From Candidatus Iainarchaeum sp. (GTDB lineage Archaea; Iainarchaeota; Iainarchaeia; Iainarchaeales; GCA-2688035), in NCBI GenBank assembly GCA_017610175.1, contig JAFCCO010000008.1:1-55377 (forward strand): a stretch of DNA of 55,377 nt. Direction: 5' to 3'. The notes under the pieces are model-generated. The model ran no database searches. It saw only the letters and a list, made by a program, of their open reading frames with translations, and was not told the DNA's origin. Made by a program: the position numbers and the translations under genes. Shown here piece after piece: positions 8,995-19,942 of the stretch (the first letter of the stretch is position 1; the number at the start of each line of letters is the position of its first letter).

Positions 8995-9951
8995 ATGGAG
9001 ATTGTTTTCAACAAAATCTTTTTAGAGCATGACACCGGAATGCACCCTGAAAACAAGAAAAGGCTTGAGGCCTGCTTTCCATTGACGGAAACAAGGGTTG
9101 AAAACGGGGAAAAATATCTCCCCCTGTTTCACACTCCTGCCTACGTTGAGCGCGTTAAGAAGACCTGCAAAACAGGCGATTACCTTGACTCAGACACCCC
9201 TGTTTCGGAGAAAAGCTATAATGCCGCCGTTCACGCTGTTGGCGCAACAGTCATGGCTTCCAAGTCAAACGATTTTGCCCTTGTCAGGCCTCCCGGGCAC
9301 CATGCCTTTCCAGACCACTCAAGCGGATTCTGCATTTTCAACAACATTGCAATTGCAGTCCAGCGATTGGTTAACCAGGGCAAAAGGGTTCTTATATTTG
9401 ACTTTGACTCCCACCTTGGGGACGGGACTGTTAAATATTTTTACAACTCAGATAAAGTTCTTTACTGGTCCCTGCACCAGTGGCCTGCTTTTCCGGGTGG
9501 AGGGGACGTTAACGAAATCGGGGAAGGTGAAGGAAAGGGGTACACCATAAACATTCCTTTGTCCCCCGGAACAGGGGACGACATTTACTCGAGTGCAGTG
9601 AAAATGTTTTTACCGGTTGCAAAACAGTTCAGGCCGGATGCTGTCGCTGTTTCGGCGGGGTTTGACGGGCACGCGCAGGACCTGCTTTTGGACCTTAGGC
9701 TGAGCACAAATTTGTACCATTCGCTTGGCAAAACATTAAAAAACAATTTCAACAAAATCTTTGCAACACTGGAGGGCGGTTACAACACAAGCACGTTTCC
9801 AAAGTGCCTTCACAACTTTGTTGACGGGGTAAACGGAAACAAAATGAGGTTCAGGGAACATCCAACCGAATCCAGGGTAATAAAGGTAGAGGAATTTGAG
9901 GCAAGGGCTTACGCTCTTGAAAAAAAACTGTCGGAATTCTGGAAACTGTAG
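8995..9951 (+). CDS. Zn-dependent histone deacetylase/AcuC-family protein deacetylase
   Basis: HPENKKRL, RPPGHHA, GFCIFNN, DFDSHLGDGT, SLHQ, SAGFDGH, LEGGY motifs. Confidence 0.93.
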   Translation: MEIVFNKIFLEHDTGMHPENKKRLEACFPLTETRVENGEKYLPLFHTPAYVERVKKTCKTGDYLDSDTPVSEKSYNAAVHAVGATVMASKSNDFALVRPPGHHAFPDHSSGFCIFNNIAIAVQRLVNQGKRVLIFDFDSHLGDGTVKYFYNSDKVLYWSLHQWPAFPGGGDVNEIGEGEGKGYTINIPLSPGTGDDIYSSAVKMFLPVAKQFRPDAVAVSAGFDGHAQDLLLDLRLSTNLYHSLGKTLKNNFNKIFATLEGGYNTSTFPKCLHNFVDGVNGNKMRFREHPTESRVIKVEEFEARAYALEKKLSEFWKL

Positions 9952-9979
9952 CGGGATATTGCAAATCAGGGGAAATCGC

Positions 9980-12643
9980 ATGGAAAAAAAACAGCTGGAC
10001 AGGTTATTCAACCCAAAAACAATTGCCGTAATCGGTGCCTCAAACAGCATCGGCAGCGTAGGTTATGCTCTAATGAAAAACCTTGTCGGAAGCAAGTTTG
10101 AGGGAATCGTTTACCCAATTAACCCAAAAAGGCAAAGCATACAGGGAGTAAAGGCTTACCCCCATGTTTCCAGTGCCCCTGACCGAATTGATTTGGCAAT
10201 CATTGCCACCCCCGCAAAGTCTGTGCTTAAAATTGTGGAAGAATGCGGAACCGCAAAGGTGGGCAATATTGTGATTGTTTCATCCGGATTCAACGAAATT
10301 GGAAAGGCAGGCGAAGACTTAACCGCTGGAATTCTCAAAATTTCAAAAAAACATGGAATGCGAATTATGGGCCCAAACTGCCTTGGGTTCATAAACCCAA
10401 AGAAAGGGCTTAACGCAAGCTTTGCAAAAAACACAGCCTTGCCTGGAAAAATTGCGTTCATTTCCCAAAGCGGGGCGCTTGGAACAGCTGTGCTTGACTG
10501 GGCTGTAAAGCAAAACGTGGGTTTCAGCCACTTTGTCTCAATTGGCTCGATGGCAGACATTGGATTCAACGACCTCATTGACTACTTTGGAAGGGATCCG
10601 GGAACATCAAGCATTCTTATTTACATGGAGTCCCTTTCAAACGCAAGAAAATTTTTGAGCGCTGCAAGGGCCTTTGCCAGAACCAAGCCAATCCTTGTTT
10701 TAAAGGTTGGAAAAAGTGACGAGGGCGCAAAGGCCGCAAGGTCGCACACAGGAACAATTACCGGAAACGACTCTGTTTTTGACGCGGCATTCAAGAGAGC
10801 CGGAATAATAAGGGTAAACACGATTAACGAATTGTTCAACTGCGCCCAGACCCTGGCAATGCAGCCAAGGCCGCTTGGAAAAAGGCTTTCGATTGTCACA
10901 AACGCGGGCGGCCCCGGAGTCATTGCAACAGACGCATTAATTTCCTTGAGCGGGGAACTTGCTTCGCTTTCTCCAAATTCAATGAAGCTTCTTAACAAAA
11001 AAATGCCTTCCAATTGGAGCAAGGGCAATCCGGTTGATGTTTTGGGAGACGCTCCGCCTGAAAGATACAGGGACGCGGTTGAAATTTGCATGAAGGACGT
11101 TGGTTGTGACGGAATACTTGTAATACTTACCCCGCAGGCAATGACAAAAGCTTCAGAGATAGCCAAATGCCTTGTTGAATTAAAGGGAAGCAAGCCTGTT
11201 CTGGCTGTTTGGATGGGAAACGGGGAGGTTGAGGCAGGAAAGGAAATTTTAAAGAAAAACAAAATCCCTGTTTACAGCACGCCTGAGGACGCGGTAAACT
11301 GCTTTATGTCAATGTACAGTTATTCAAAAAACCTGGAGTTGCTGTACGAGACCCCTGCGACAATACCGCATGCGTTCAAGCCAAAAACAATTGAAAACAG
11401 GAAGCTTATTGAAAAAATAGCAGGGCAAAAAAGAAGCGTTCTGACCGAAGTAGAGTGCATGGAACTGCTGTCAAATTACGGCATTCCAACAGTTGAATGC
11501 AAGACCGCAAAAACGGCCGGGCAGGCGGAGAAGATTGCTTTGGAAATAGGGCTCCCTGTCGCCGCAAAAATTCTGTCGGCGGACATCCTGCACAAAACAG
11601 ATGTTGGCGGAGTCGCACTCAACCTGAACTCGCAAAAAGAGGTTAGGAACGCATTCCAAAGCATAATGGCTTCTGTTGGAAGAAAGGCGCCAAAGGCAAA
11701 AATTTTGGGAATCTGCATTTCCAAAATGGAATCGAAGAAATACGAACTGCTGATTGGCTGCAAGAAAGACAGGATTTTCGGGCCAGCAATTGTTTTTGGA
11801 ATGGGTGGGGTTGCGGTTGAAATTTACAAGGACACCAACATAGGCCTGCCTCCGCTGAATATGGCGCTGGCAAAGAGGCTGATTGAGGAAACAAAAATTT
11901 ACCGCCTGCTCAAGGGCTACAGGGGGATGGAGGGCGTTGACCTTGACTCAATTAAATTCCTGCTTTACAAATTTGCATACCTTGTGACCGACTTCCCGGA
12001 ATTGAAGGAAATAGACATCAACCCTTTTGCGGTGGACAAGGACGGCGGTGTTGTTTTGGACGCAAAAGTTGTTTTGGACAAAAGCGTTGTTGGAAAAAAA
12101 ACACAGCCCTACGCCCACATGGTTATTTCGCCGTATCCAAAAGAGTATGTCACAAAATTCAGGATGAAAAACGGAAAAACCGCGGTTCTCAGGCCAATAA
12201 AACCGGAGGACGAACCGCTTGAGGCGGAAATGTTCAAAACTTTCTCAGAGCAAACGCAGAGGTTCAGGTTCTTTGGCTTAATCAAAGACATTACCCACGA
12301 ACTTCTGATAAGGTACACCCAAATAGATTATGACCGGGAAATTGCAATAATCGCCGAAATTGATGAAGGCGGCAAAAAGAAAATGGCCGGCGTTGTAAGG
12401 CTAATAGCCGATTCGTTCAACGAAACCGCCGAGTTTGCCATTGTGGTCGGAGACCCATGGCAAAAGCAGGGCCTTGGAGATAAGTTCACAGACTACATCC
12501 TTAAAATTGCGAAGAAAAGAAACCTGAAAAAGGTTTACGCAAACGTGCTGAAAAACAACCACATAATGCTGCACATGTTCCAGCAGCGCGGTTTTGCAAT
12601 AACCAGAGAAAAAGACAGCTGCTACGCCGAATTGGAACTCTGA
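9980..12643 (+). CDS. Acyl-CoA synthetase (NDP-forming)-like/GNAT fusion, Pat-type protein lysine acetyltransferase
   Basis: CoA-binding VIGAS, GPNCLG, SQSGA, SHTG, TNAGGPG, NPVDVLGDA; ATP-grasp HKTDVGGV; C-terminal GNAT (RFRFF, EFAIVVGDPWQKQGLG). Confidence 0.92.
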   Translation: MEKKQLDRLFNPKTIAVIGASNSIGSVGYALMKNLVGSKFEGIVYPINPKRQSIQGVKAYPHVSSAPDRIDLAIIATPAKSVLKIVEECGTAKVGNIVIVSSGFNEIGKAGEDLTAGILKISKKHGMRIMGPNCLGFINPKKGLNASFAKNTALPGKIAFISQSGALGTAVLDWAVKQNVGFSHFVSIGSMADIGFNDLIDYFGRDPGTSSILIYMESLSNARKFLSAARAFARTKPILVLKVGKSDEGAKAARSHTGTITGNDSVFDAAFKRAGIIRVNTINELFNCAQTLAMQPRPLGKRLSIVTNAGGPGVIATDALISLSGELASLSPNSMKLLNKKMPSNWSKGNPVDVLGDAPPERYRDAVEICMKDVGCDGILVILTPQAMTKASEIAKCLVELKGSKPVLAVWMGNGEVEAGKEILKKNKIPVYSTPEDAVNCFMSMYSYSKNLELLYETPATIPHAFKPKTIENRKLIEKIAGQKRSVLTEVECMELLSNYGIPTVECKTAKTAGQAEKIALEIGLPVAAKILSADILHKTDVGGVALNLNSQKEVRNAFQSIMASVGRKAPKAKILGICISKMESKKYELLIGCKKDRIFGPAIVFGMGGVAVEIYKDTNIGLPPLNMALAKRLIEETKIYRLLKGYRGMEGVDLDSIKFLLYKFAYLVTDFPELKEIDINPFAVDKDGGVVLDAKVVLDKSVVGKKTQPYAHMVISPYPKEYVTKFRMKNGKTAVLRPIKPEDEPLEAEMFKTFSEQTQRFRFFGLIKDITHELLIRYTQIDYDREIAIIAEIDEGGKKKMAGVVRLIADSFNETAEFAIVVGDPWQKQGLGDKFTDYILKIAKKRNLKKVYANVLKNNHIMLHMFQQRGFAITREKDSCYAELEL

Positions 12644-12693
12644 CAAACACCGGATTCAAAAAAAAGCAGGACCTGGAAAAATGCCTTTCAGTT

Positions 12694-15366
12694 TCAAGCA
12701 CCAACCGGCGTTATTGAAACAATGTACCTTGCAATTGCCCTTGCTGCAAGCCATGCAAACCCAAGGAATACTGCAAGCACTCCCCAAAGCAGGGGCGGAA
12801 CCTCAGCGAGCGGAACAACCCCGAAGAATGGGGCAACCGGGCCTGCAAGCACTGCAAACTGAAGCACAAGCGAGAACGCAAGTGCTGCAACAAGCCACTT
12901 GTTTGATAAGAACTTGAGTTTCTCCTGCTCGCGAATTACAACAATTTTAACAAACTCGAACAAAATAAGGCTGGTGAAAACCATTGTCTGTGCAAGGGCG
13001 ATTCCCCCCTGCCTCAACGCAATAAAGAACATTGCCACAAGCAAAACGGTTGAAAGCGAACCGATTCCGCCAATAAAGTATGCAAGGCGCCTGTTAATTA
13101 CACCCTCCCCCCTTGGGCGCGGCTTTTGCTTCATCACCCCAGGTATGGCGGGGTCAACCCCAAGAGCAAGGGCGGGAAACCCGTCTGTCATCAAATTAAC
13201 CCAAAGAAGCTGCACCGCAGTGATTGGAAGGTAGCCCGCAAGGCTCACAATGAAAACAACCAGAACCTCGGCAAAATTGCTTGTGAGAAGGTACATCACA
13301 AACTTCCGGATATTTCCAAAAATTGTCCTGCCCTCACTGATTGCCTCCTGAATTGTTGCAAAGTTGTCGTCCATCAAAATCATGTCAGCGGTTTCCCTTG
13401 CAACATCGGTTCCGCGAAGCCCCATCGCAATTCCCACATCCGCACTCTTAAGGGCGGGAGCGTCATTGACCCCGTCCCCCGTCATTGCAACAATGTGCCC
13501 GTTGTCCTTTAGTGCGGAAAGAATCATCTGCTTGTGCTGGGGAGAAACCCTTGCAAAAACGTCTGTTTCGGAAACAATTTTTCTCAGCTCAAACTCGTCC
13601 ACCGAATCGATGTCTGAGCCAAGCCTTGCCCGCTTTCCAATCCCAACCTCGGCTGCAATCGCGCTTGCGGTAAGCAAATTGTCCCCTGTAAGCATTACAA
13701 CGCGGATTCCGGCATCAAAGCAGGTTAAAATGCTTGACCTGACCTCCTTTCTCGCGGGGTCAATCATTGCCTGCAATCCGAGGAAAACCAGGCCGCTTTC
13801 AATGTCTTTTGCAGTGTATCCCTTCTTATGCTCCCTGAAGGCAAACGCAAGAACCCTCAAAGCCTTTCTCGCAAACTTTTCGTTCATTGCAAGAATCTCG
13901 TCCCTTCTCTTGTCAGAGAGCTTTGAAACGCGGCCGTTTTCATAAATTTTGGAGCAGTCCTGCAGCACAACCTCGGGAGCCCCTTTGGAAAAGGAAACAA
14001 TTTTTTCCCCAAACTCGTGAACCGTGGTCATTTTCTTGCGGTCGCTTGTGAAGGGAACCTCGTCAATTCTTGGATAAGTGCTTCTGAGCCTGTGCTCGCC
14101 AAAGCCCGCCTTTGCGGCGGAAACAATCAGCGCAACCTCTGTTGGGTCCCCCACAAAAGAAGGCTGCCCTTCAGAGCCCTCTGAAAGCTCGGCATCATTG
14201 CAGAGCGCACCGCACTTCAGCAGCATTGAAAGCTCTTTTGCGTCAATTGGAATTTTTCCAATCTTGAATTTTCCGTTTAACTCGTAACCCCTTCCCCCAA
14301 CATCGATTACCTGGTTGTTTGCAAAAATTTTGCGAACGGTCATCCGATTCTCAGTAAGGGTGCCTGTCTTGTCCGTGCAGATTACGTCAACGCTTCCAAG
14401 GCTTTCAACAACGCTGAGCTTTCTCACAAGGCTTTTCTTTTCAAGCATCTTCTTTGTCCCAAAGGCAAGGCTTAAGGTAACGATTGCGGGCAATCCTTCA
14501 GGAATTGCGGCAACGGCGAGCGAAACCGCGGTCAAAAATATTGTCACAAGGTCCGAAACGTTTGCAAGCCACTGCACGGCGGCAATGAAAACAATTATTC
14601 CAAGAACGGCGTAGCCAATCTTTTTCCCAAGATGCTCTAGCTCAATTTGGAACGGGGTCATTTTTGGGGGAACCATCTGAATGCTTTCGGCAATCCTTCC
14701 AAGCTCGGTGTCCAAACCGGTTCCGACAACAATTGCAAGCGCGCGCCCCCTTGTAACAGTTGTGTCCTTGAAAACCATGTTTGTCCGAGCGTGAAGCAAG
14801 GCGTCCGCCCCAACCACTCCTGTATTTTTTGAAACAGGGCTGCTTTCACCGGTTAAAAGCGATTCGTTAACGCGAAGGGTTCTTGATTCAATCAGGAGCG
14901 CGTCAGCCCCAACCTTGTCCCCCTCTGCAAGAACAAGAATGTCTCCCGGAACAAGCTCTGCCGCGTCAATTACCGCTTTTTTCCCGTTGCGCAGAACTGT
15001 TACCTTTTTAGGGCTCAGTTTCTTCAACGCCTCAATGCTTTTCTCCGCGTTGTACTCCTGCACAAACCCAAAGACCCCGTTTGCAAAAACAATTAGCAAA
15101 ATGAGAATTGTGTCAAAGAGATGGGGCTCCTGCCCGGGCACAAAGCCGATTCCATAGCTTATTGCGGCCGCAAGAATCAGGATAAGCACAAGCGGGCTTG
15201 TGAACTGCGCAATGAATATCTTAAGCGGGGAAATCTTTCGCTCAAGAACAATTTCGTTTCGCCCGTGCTCCTCAAGCCTAAGCCCCGCCTCCTTTTCAGT
15301 CAGGCCCTTCTTGTTCGAGGCAAGGTGGTCAAAAACTTCCTTGAGAGGAATTGCATGCCAGTCCAT
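12694..15366 (-). CDS. P-type ATPase, type IIA (Ca2+-transporting, SERCA-like)
   Basis: TGES, IPEGL, DKTGTLT, KGAPE, TGDN, TGDGVNDAP; TM5 SNFAE and TM6 LWVNLMTDG. Confidence 0.93.
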   Translation of the reverse strand: MDWHAIPLKEVFDHLASNKKGLTEKEAGLRLEEHGRNEIVLERKISPLKIFIAQFTSPLVLILILAAAISYGIGFVPGQEPHLFDTILILLIVFANGVFGFVQEYNAEKSIEALKKLSPKKVTVLRNGKKAVIDAAELVPGDILVLAEGDKVGADALLIESRTLRVNESLLTGESSPVSKNTGVVGADALLHARTNMVFKDTTVTRGRALAIVVGTGLDTELGRIAESIQMVPPKMTPFQIELEHLGKKIGYAVLGIIVFIAAVQWLANVSDLVTIFLTAVSLAVAAIPEGLPAIVTLSLAFGTKKMLEKKSLVRKLSVVESLGSVDVICTDKTGTLTENRMTVRKIFANNQVIDVGGRGYELNGKFKIGKIPIDAKELSMLLKCGALCNDAELSEGSEGQPSFVGDPTEVALIVSAAKAGFGEHRLRSTYPRIDEVPFTSDRKKMTTVHEFGEKIVSFSKGAPEVVLQDCSKIYENGRVSKLSDKRRDEILAMNEKFARKALRVLAFAFREHKKGYTAKDIESGLVFLGLQAMIDPARKEVRSSILTCFDAGIRVVMLTGDNLLTASAIAAEVGIGKRARLGSDIDSVDEFELRKIVSETDVFARVSPQHKQMILSALKDNGHIVAMTGDGVNDAPALKSADVGIAMGLRGTDVARETADMILMDDNFATIQEAISEGRTIFGNIRKFVMYLLTSNFAEVLVVFIVSLAGYLPITAVQLLWVNLMTDGFPALALGVDPAIPGVMKQKPRPRGEGVINRRLAYFIGGIGSLSTVLLVAMFFIALRQGGIALAQTMVFTSLILFEFVKIVVIREQEKLKFLSNKWLVAALAFSLVLQFAVLAGPVAPFFGVVPLAEVPPLLWGVLAVFLGFAWLAARAIARYIVSITPVGA

Positions 15367-15597
15367 TTGAATCCATTAATAGAAGAATAATATAACATTT
15401 AATTGTATCGTGGGCTCCGCTGGGAAAGAAAGTTGAAAAACACGGCCAAAATGACCCAAAACTTTTGATAGCCAAGGGGAAAGCCAAAACAGCAGTTTAA
15501 AGGAAAGCTATTTAAAAAGAATAGGATGAAATAATATGGGTTTGGGAGTGGTTCAAAGAACTGCACCTCAAAAAACACAGTTAAGGAGGGTTATAGC

Positions 15598-18500
15598 ATG
15601 ACTTGTGACAATACCTATTCAGTAAACAGAAAAACTATTTTTTCAATGGTGTTTTTAATGCTCTCAATGTTCCTGCTTAGCGTAAGCTCCGCAACACTTA
15701 ATCTACCAAGCACTGCAATGCAGGGTGAAACATGGGAAATTGAATTGGATTGCCCTGAAATAAACGGATGGAACGTACCTGGAGTGCCAAATGACGCTTC
15801 AGACGAATGCCTCATTGAGTGGACAGGACCCGAATCAGGCTCCTTTATTGAAAACGATGCAGACCCAGACCCCGACGTCATAAACAAAGAACAAAATCTG
15901 GACATACCGGGAACTTATACTTTCACAATAAAGGAATGCCCGACAGGCGCACCTGCAAGCTGCGGGGCAGTGCTTGACACGGACTCAATAACAATTTCGG
16001 GGGACAGCACCCCAGGAACCCTTTGGTTGAGATACAGAAGTATCGGGCCAAACATGAGGGTTTCAGGAATCGCGCCAACAGGGGCAACAAAAGTCCAAAT
16101 CCTTGTTTTTAACGAAAACAATTCAGCACAGGTCGTTCCAATATCAGCAGTAACGCCTGATGCGGCAAACGGAAACTATTACATAAAGAACATTAACCTC
16201 TCAGGGGTTACACCGCAGACCCTGAACATAAGAGCAACATTCAGGGATGCAAGCGATAACACAATGTCTACCGCAGAAGCAGTGCTTGAAGCACTCAAAA
16301 TGGACGAAATGCAGCAGCAAATTGACCAGATTGAAGTTGATGTAAGCGCTCTTGCTTTAAACATTTCAGATTTGGAGGCAGAAATATCCTCTTTGCAGAC
16401 AGCAAACTTCCTTCAGTGGCTGGCAATAGCTGGCATTGAATGGCAAGTGCAGGGAATTTATTCAAAAATTGCAACAATAAACGGAAAGATTGCAACAATT
16501 AACGCAAACATTTCCGCACTGCAGGTTGACGTAAGCAGTTTGCAGACAGGCCTTACCTCGCTGGAATTAAGGGTTAGCACAATCGAAGCAGACCTTCTGG
16601 CAATGAATCACGGCACAATAAATATTAGGTTTGACGAAACCGCAATGGAACTTGAAGTTTGGGGAGAGGCTCCGCTTGGTTCAACAAACGCAGTTGTAAA
16701 GATTTACGAGGCATCGGACCCGGGCCCTGGCGGAACACCTGTTTACACCGGCACAGACGCAATAATGTATGATGCGGTAAACGACAGCAGGTATGCATTC
16801 AACAATTCAACCGGAGACCCTATTGACTTAAGCGGGTTCAACCCAGAAATACTTGGAGTTGAAGTAAGCTTTGGCGGAATGCAGAGCTCATACAAGGTAA
16901 GTGCGGTGCTTGAAGCATTGCTGGTGCTTGAGCTTGAAAGCCAGGTGGCGGCCCTGGATGCACAGCTTCAGCTTGCAGACGCAAACATTGTTGCGCTCTG
17001 GCAGGACAGCGCAAACCAGGCGCAAAGAATTGCAGACATTGAAGCAGAGATTACAGTAATCAACAACAAGCTTGATGTAATAAACGGCAGGCTTGATGAT
17101 TTGGAAGGCGACGTTGCGTGGCTCAAAATGAGGGTTAGCCAGCTCCAAAACCAGATTAATTTCCTCAGAAGGACAATGAAGGCAATGAACCACGCCACAA
17201 TAAACATTTTCTACAACAAGCAATCAAACACCCTGATGGTTTGGGGCGAAGCGGCAGAGGGAACAATTGGGGATGTAATGCTAGTCATGGTGTCAACCGA
17301 TATGGCAGATTCCTACTCAGATACAGTTAGCGTTTCAGCTCCGCAGAACGAATTCATGTTTACCGTAAACACAACAGTGCTGCAGGAAGGCAAGTCTTAC
17401 AATGTGTTTGCTGCAATGACTAGCCAGTTCAGGCCAAGCGGAGCGCCGGCAATCTACTTTGTGGGAACAATCTTTGACAACCTTGCAATTGAAAATTTGC
17501 AGGACAGGCTAACAGAGCTTGAAGAAAAGGTGGAAAAGCTTGACGACGGAACCGTTGAATTCAATTACAATTCAGCAGATGATGAAGTCACCATTGAGGG
17601 AGAGGCACCAACAGAGGCAACCTGCGCAAAAATATCTGTCTGGACAGCTTCAGGAAGCTTTGTTGCATCCTCAACAACAGGAATTAGCCAGAACACAAGC
17701 AAAGAAGACTACAGTGTTACCGCAAGCACAGACCAATGGCCACAGGAGGCACTCAATGTCTACACCAGCTTTTATGAAAAAACAAGCTGGTTCTGGGGCT
17801 GCAAGGACAGAATTGCAACAGTGAACGACACATTTGACTCAATGCTGGGCGAGGACCTGTTCGGATTCAGAGACATAACAACAAGCAGCTATGTTTCAAG
17901 CTATTATGTGAACAGAGTAAAGATTCCAATCAGCTTTGCATTGAAGCCAGACAGGGGCGGCCTGCTTGGATTGTTTGGCATGGGCGGAACCCTGTACAGG
18001 ATTGAATACCAAACAAACCCTTCAGGAGCCTGGAAAGAACTTGTTAGCTGTTCATGGTACGACGAAGGATTAAAGACATACAAAAACGGAAAGATAGAAC
18101 TCAACAGCACAGGCGTAAAGGAAATTAAGCTAAGGGCCAAAAGATGCCTAGGCAACACAGTGGACTATGAATCATATGTATTCAGAGTAAGGCACGTTGA
18201 CCTAAAAGACACGCTAAATGCAAGCACAACAATAGTAACCCCTGTTGAAAACAGCGACACAACACTGCCTTATCCGTTTGGCTCAATTGAATCAAACGTA
18301 TACTGGACACAGTCCGGGACGGTCCCACTGGTATCCTACCTTATAACAAACACAGATGAGGACAGGCCAGTGTGCGAAGTGTATTACTACGATGACTTCG
18401 GAGTGGAAAGGCATATTGGAAATTACCAAACCACCCAGGACAACGTAAGAAAGTGGGGTTGTGACGCAGCAAGCCTCAACTTTGGCACAGGCGAATGGGC

Positions 18501-19929
18501 CAGTGCAAACCACGCTGGAAACTACACAAAAGTAAGGGTATACAACGGGGTTGTGGGACAGCCGGACAGTTTTGACGAAGTAAAGGTTGGAGTGGACGAT
18601 GCCTCACCATCCATTATTTCAATCAACCCGGACGAGGCGGGAATAATGAACGGAATCTACAGATGGTTCTCCCACATTACAGACGACCTCTCAGGACTGG
18701 CACAGGTTAATTTCTACCTGATTGAAAAGGACGGAATAAACTACTGTTACGACGGAAACTGCCACACAGGAGACGGAAACATTGTATGGGCAGAAGCAAA
18801 CGTTGACTTCAATTCAGGACTTGGAAAGTTCTTCTTTGATGTTAATACCCTGAACTTTGCAGACGGAGACTACAACGTTGCATTTGAAGCAACGGACATT
18901 GCAGGCAACTATGCACGCCTTGAAATTGACCCAATAATCGACAACACAAAGCCGGTTATTCACACAGTAACAGTGCTTCCTGCTGACCCAAAACTGAGGA
19001 CAGACAGCATAGTAATTGAAGCAAATGTAACGGACAACCTTTCAGGAGTCGACAGCGTTTGGGCAACGGTGACAAGACCGGATTTAGTAACGGTTGACAA
19101 AATATTCCTTTCACTGAGCGGTGGACTGTATAAGGGAATTTACCCCACTGACACAAGCTCTGACCAGGGAAAATACACTGTTCAGGTTGACGCAAACGAC
19201 TTTGCAACCAATGTTGCAGCAACGGTTTCAACAGACTTCAACCTGTTCTACAGTTACATTGTTCAAATTTCACTGGATGACTACTCCATTTACCCCGGAA
19301 CAAAAGTTCAAGTGGACGGAAACGTGTTCAAAGAGGATGGAAGTGTAATTGGAGACTTCAACATTTTCCTCACACTACCTGATGGAAACACACTTGTTGC
19401 AGTGGACGCAAACACAGGGATGTTCAGCTACACAATCGACACAACACGAATTAGCGCAGGAAACTACGACATTAATGCATATGCAACTACATCCGCAGGG
19501 ATAGAGTCTATTAACTGGAAGATTCTTTCAGTAACCAACCAGCCAGCGCAACCTGAACCAGTCCAACCACAGTCACCAGGCGGCGGCGGAGCAAGAAGGC
19601 TGGGTTTCTATTGTGGAGACAACAAGTGCCTAGGAACTGAAACATGCGACAGTTGCTCACAGGACTGCGGAGTGTGCGAAGTGGAGGAGCTTCCACCCCC
19701 AGAACCTGAGCTGGAACCGGAACCACCAGTGGACACCGGACCAGAACCAACTGAATCAGGACCAACATTCACAGAAGAACCACCAACTACACCAGAGCAG
19801 GGTGGAGACCAAACAGGCCCAACAGGATTCTTCGGACTTGCAGGAAACCAGACAAGCATATTGCTTGGGCTGCTGTTCCTGTTAATTATCGGAACAGTGT
19901 TTGGATACAAAAAGCTGGCCAAGAAATAA
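15598..19929 (+). CDS. Large secreted fibre-like protein: beta-domains alternating with coiled coils, Ig-like repeats, Cys/Pro-rich linker, C-terminal TM
   Basis: GGAGG SD; signal peptide; heptad runs; four GT...(V/I)xG(E/I)A(P/A) repeats; PTGFFG + TM + KKLAKK. Confidence 0.85.
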   Translation: MTCDNTYSVNRKTIFSMVFLMLSMFLLSVSSATLNLPSTAMQGETWEIELDCPEINGWNVPGVPNDASDECLIEWTGPESGSFIENDADPDPDVINKEQNLDIPGTYTFTIKECPTGAPASCGAVLDTDSITISGDSTPGTLWLRYRSIGPNMRVSGIAPTGATKVQILVFNENNSAQVVPISAVTPDAANGNYYIKNINLSGVTPQTLNIRATFRDASDNTMSTAEAVLEALKMDEMQQQIDQIEVDVSALALNISDLEAEISSLQTANFLQWLAIAGIEWQVQGIYSKIATINGKIATINANISALQVDVSSLQTGLTSLELRVSTIEADLLAMNHGTINIRFDETAMELEVWGEAPLGSTNAVVKIYEASDPGPGGTPVYTGTDAIMYDAVNDSRYAFNNSTGDPIDLSGFNPEILGVEVSFGGMQSSYKVSAVLEALLVLELESQVAALDAQLQLADANIVALWQDSANQAQRIADIEAEITVINNKLDVINGRLDDLEGDVAWLKMRVSQLQNQINFLRRTMKAMNHATINIFYNKQSNTLMVWGEAAEGTIGDVMLVMVSTDMADSYSDTVSVSAPQNEFMFTVNTTVLQEGKSYNVFAAMTSQFRPSGAPAIYFVGTIFDNLAIENLQDRLTELEEKVEKLDDGTVEFNYNSADDEVTIEGEAPTEATCAKISVWTASGSFVASSTTGISQNTSKEDYSVTASTDQWPQEALNVYTSFYEKTSWFWGCKDRIATVNDTFDSMLGEDLFGFRDITTSSYVSSYYVNRVKIPISFALKPDRGGLLGLFGMGGTLYRIEYQTNPSGAWKELVSCSWYDEGLKTYKNGKIELNSTGVKEIKLRAKRCLGNTVDYESYVFRVRHVDLKDTLNASTTIVTPVENSDTTLPYPFGSIESNVYWTQSGTVPLVSYLITNTDEDRPVCEVYYYDDFGVERHIGNYQTTQDNVRKWGCDAASLNFGTGEWASANHAGNYTKVRVYNGVVGQPDSFDEVKVGVDDASPSIISINPDEAGIMNGIYRWFSHITDDLSGLAQVNFYLIEKDGINYCYDGNCHTGDGNIVWAEANVDFNSGLGKFFFDVNTLNFADGDYNVAFEATDIAGNYARLEIDPIIDNTKPVIHTVTVLPADPKLRTDSIVIEANVTDNLSGVDSVWATVTRPDLVTVDKIFLSLSGGLYKGIYPTDTSSDQGKYTVQVDANDFATNVAATVSTDFNLFYSYIVQISLDDYSIYPGTKVQVDGNVFKEDGSVIGDFNIFLTLPDGNTLVAVDANTGMFSYTIDTTRISAGNYDINAYATTSAGIESINWKILSVTNQPAQPEPVQPQSPGGGGARRLGFYCGDNKCLGTETCDSCSQDCGVCEVEELPPPEPELEPEPPVDTGPEPTESGPTFTEEPPTTPEQGGDQTGPTGFFGLAGNQTSILLGLLFLLIIGTVFGYKKLAKK

Positions 19930-19942
19930 GGCCGGCACCCAA

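Noticed and set aside
8995-9951. Evidence for eukaryote-like histone modification
   Set aside because: This deacetylase family is widespread in prokaryotes, and no histone gene or substrate evidence is in the window.
15541-15572. Structured RNA in the 5' leader of the fibre gene
   Set aside because: Only a weak imperfect hairpin, with no recognisable riboswitch or ncRNA motif.
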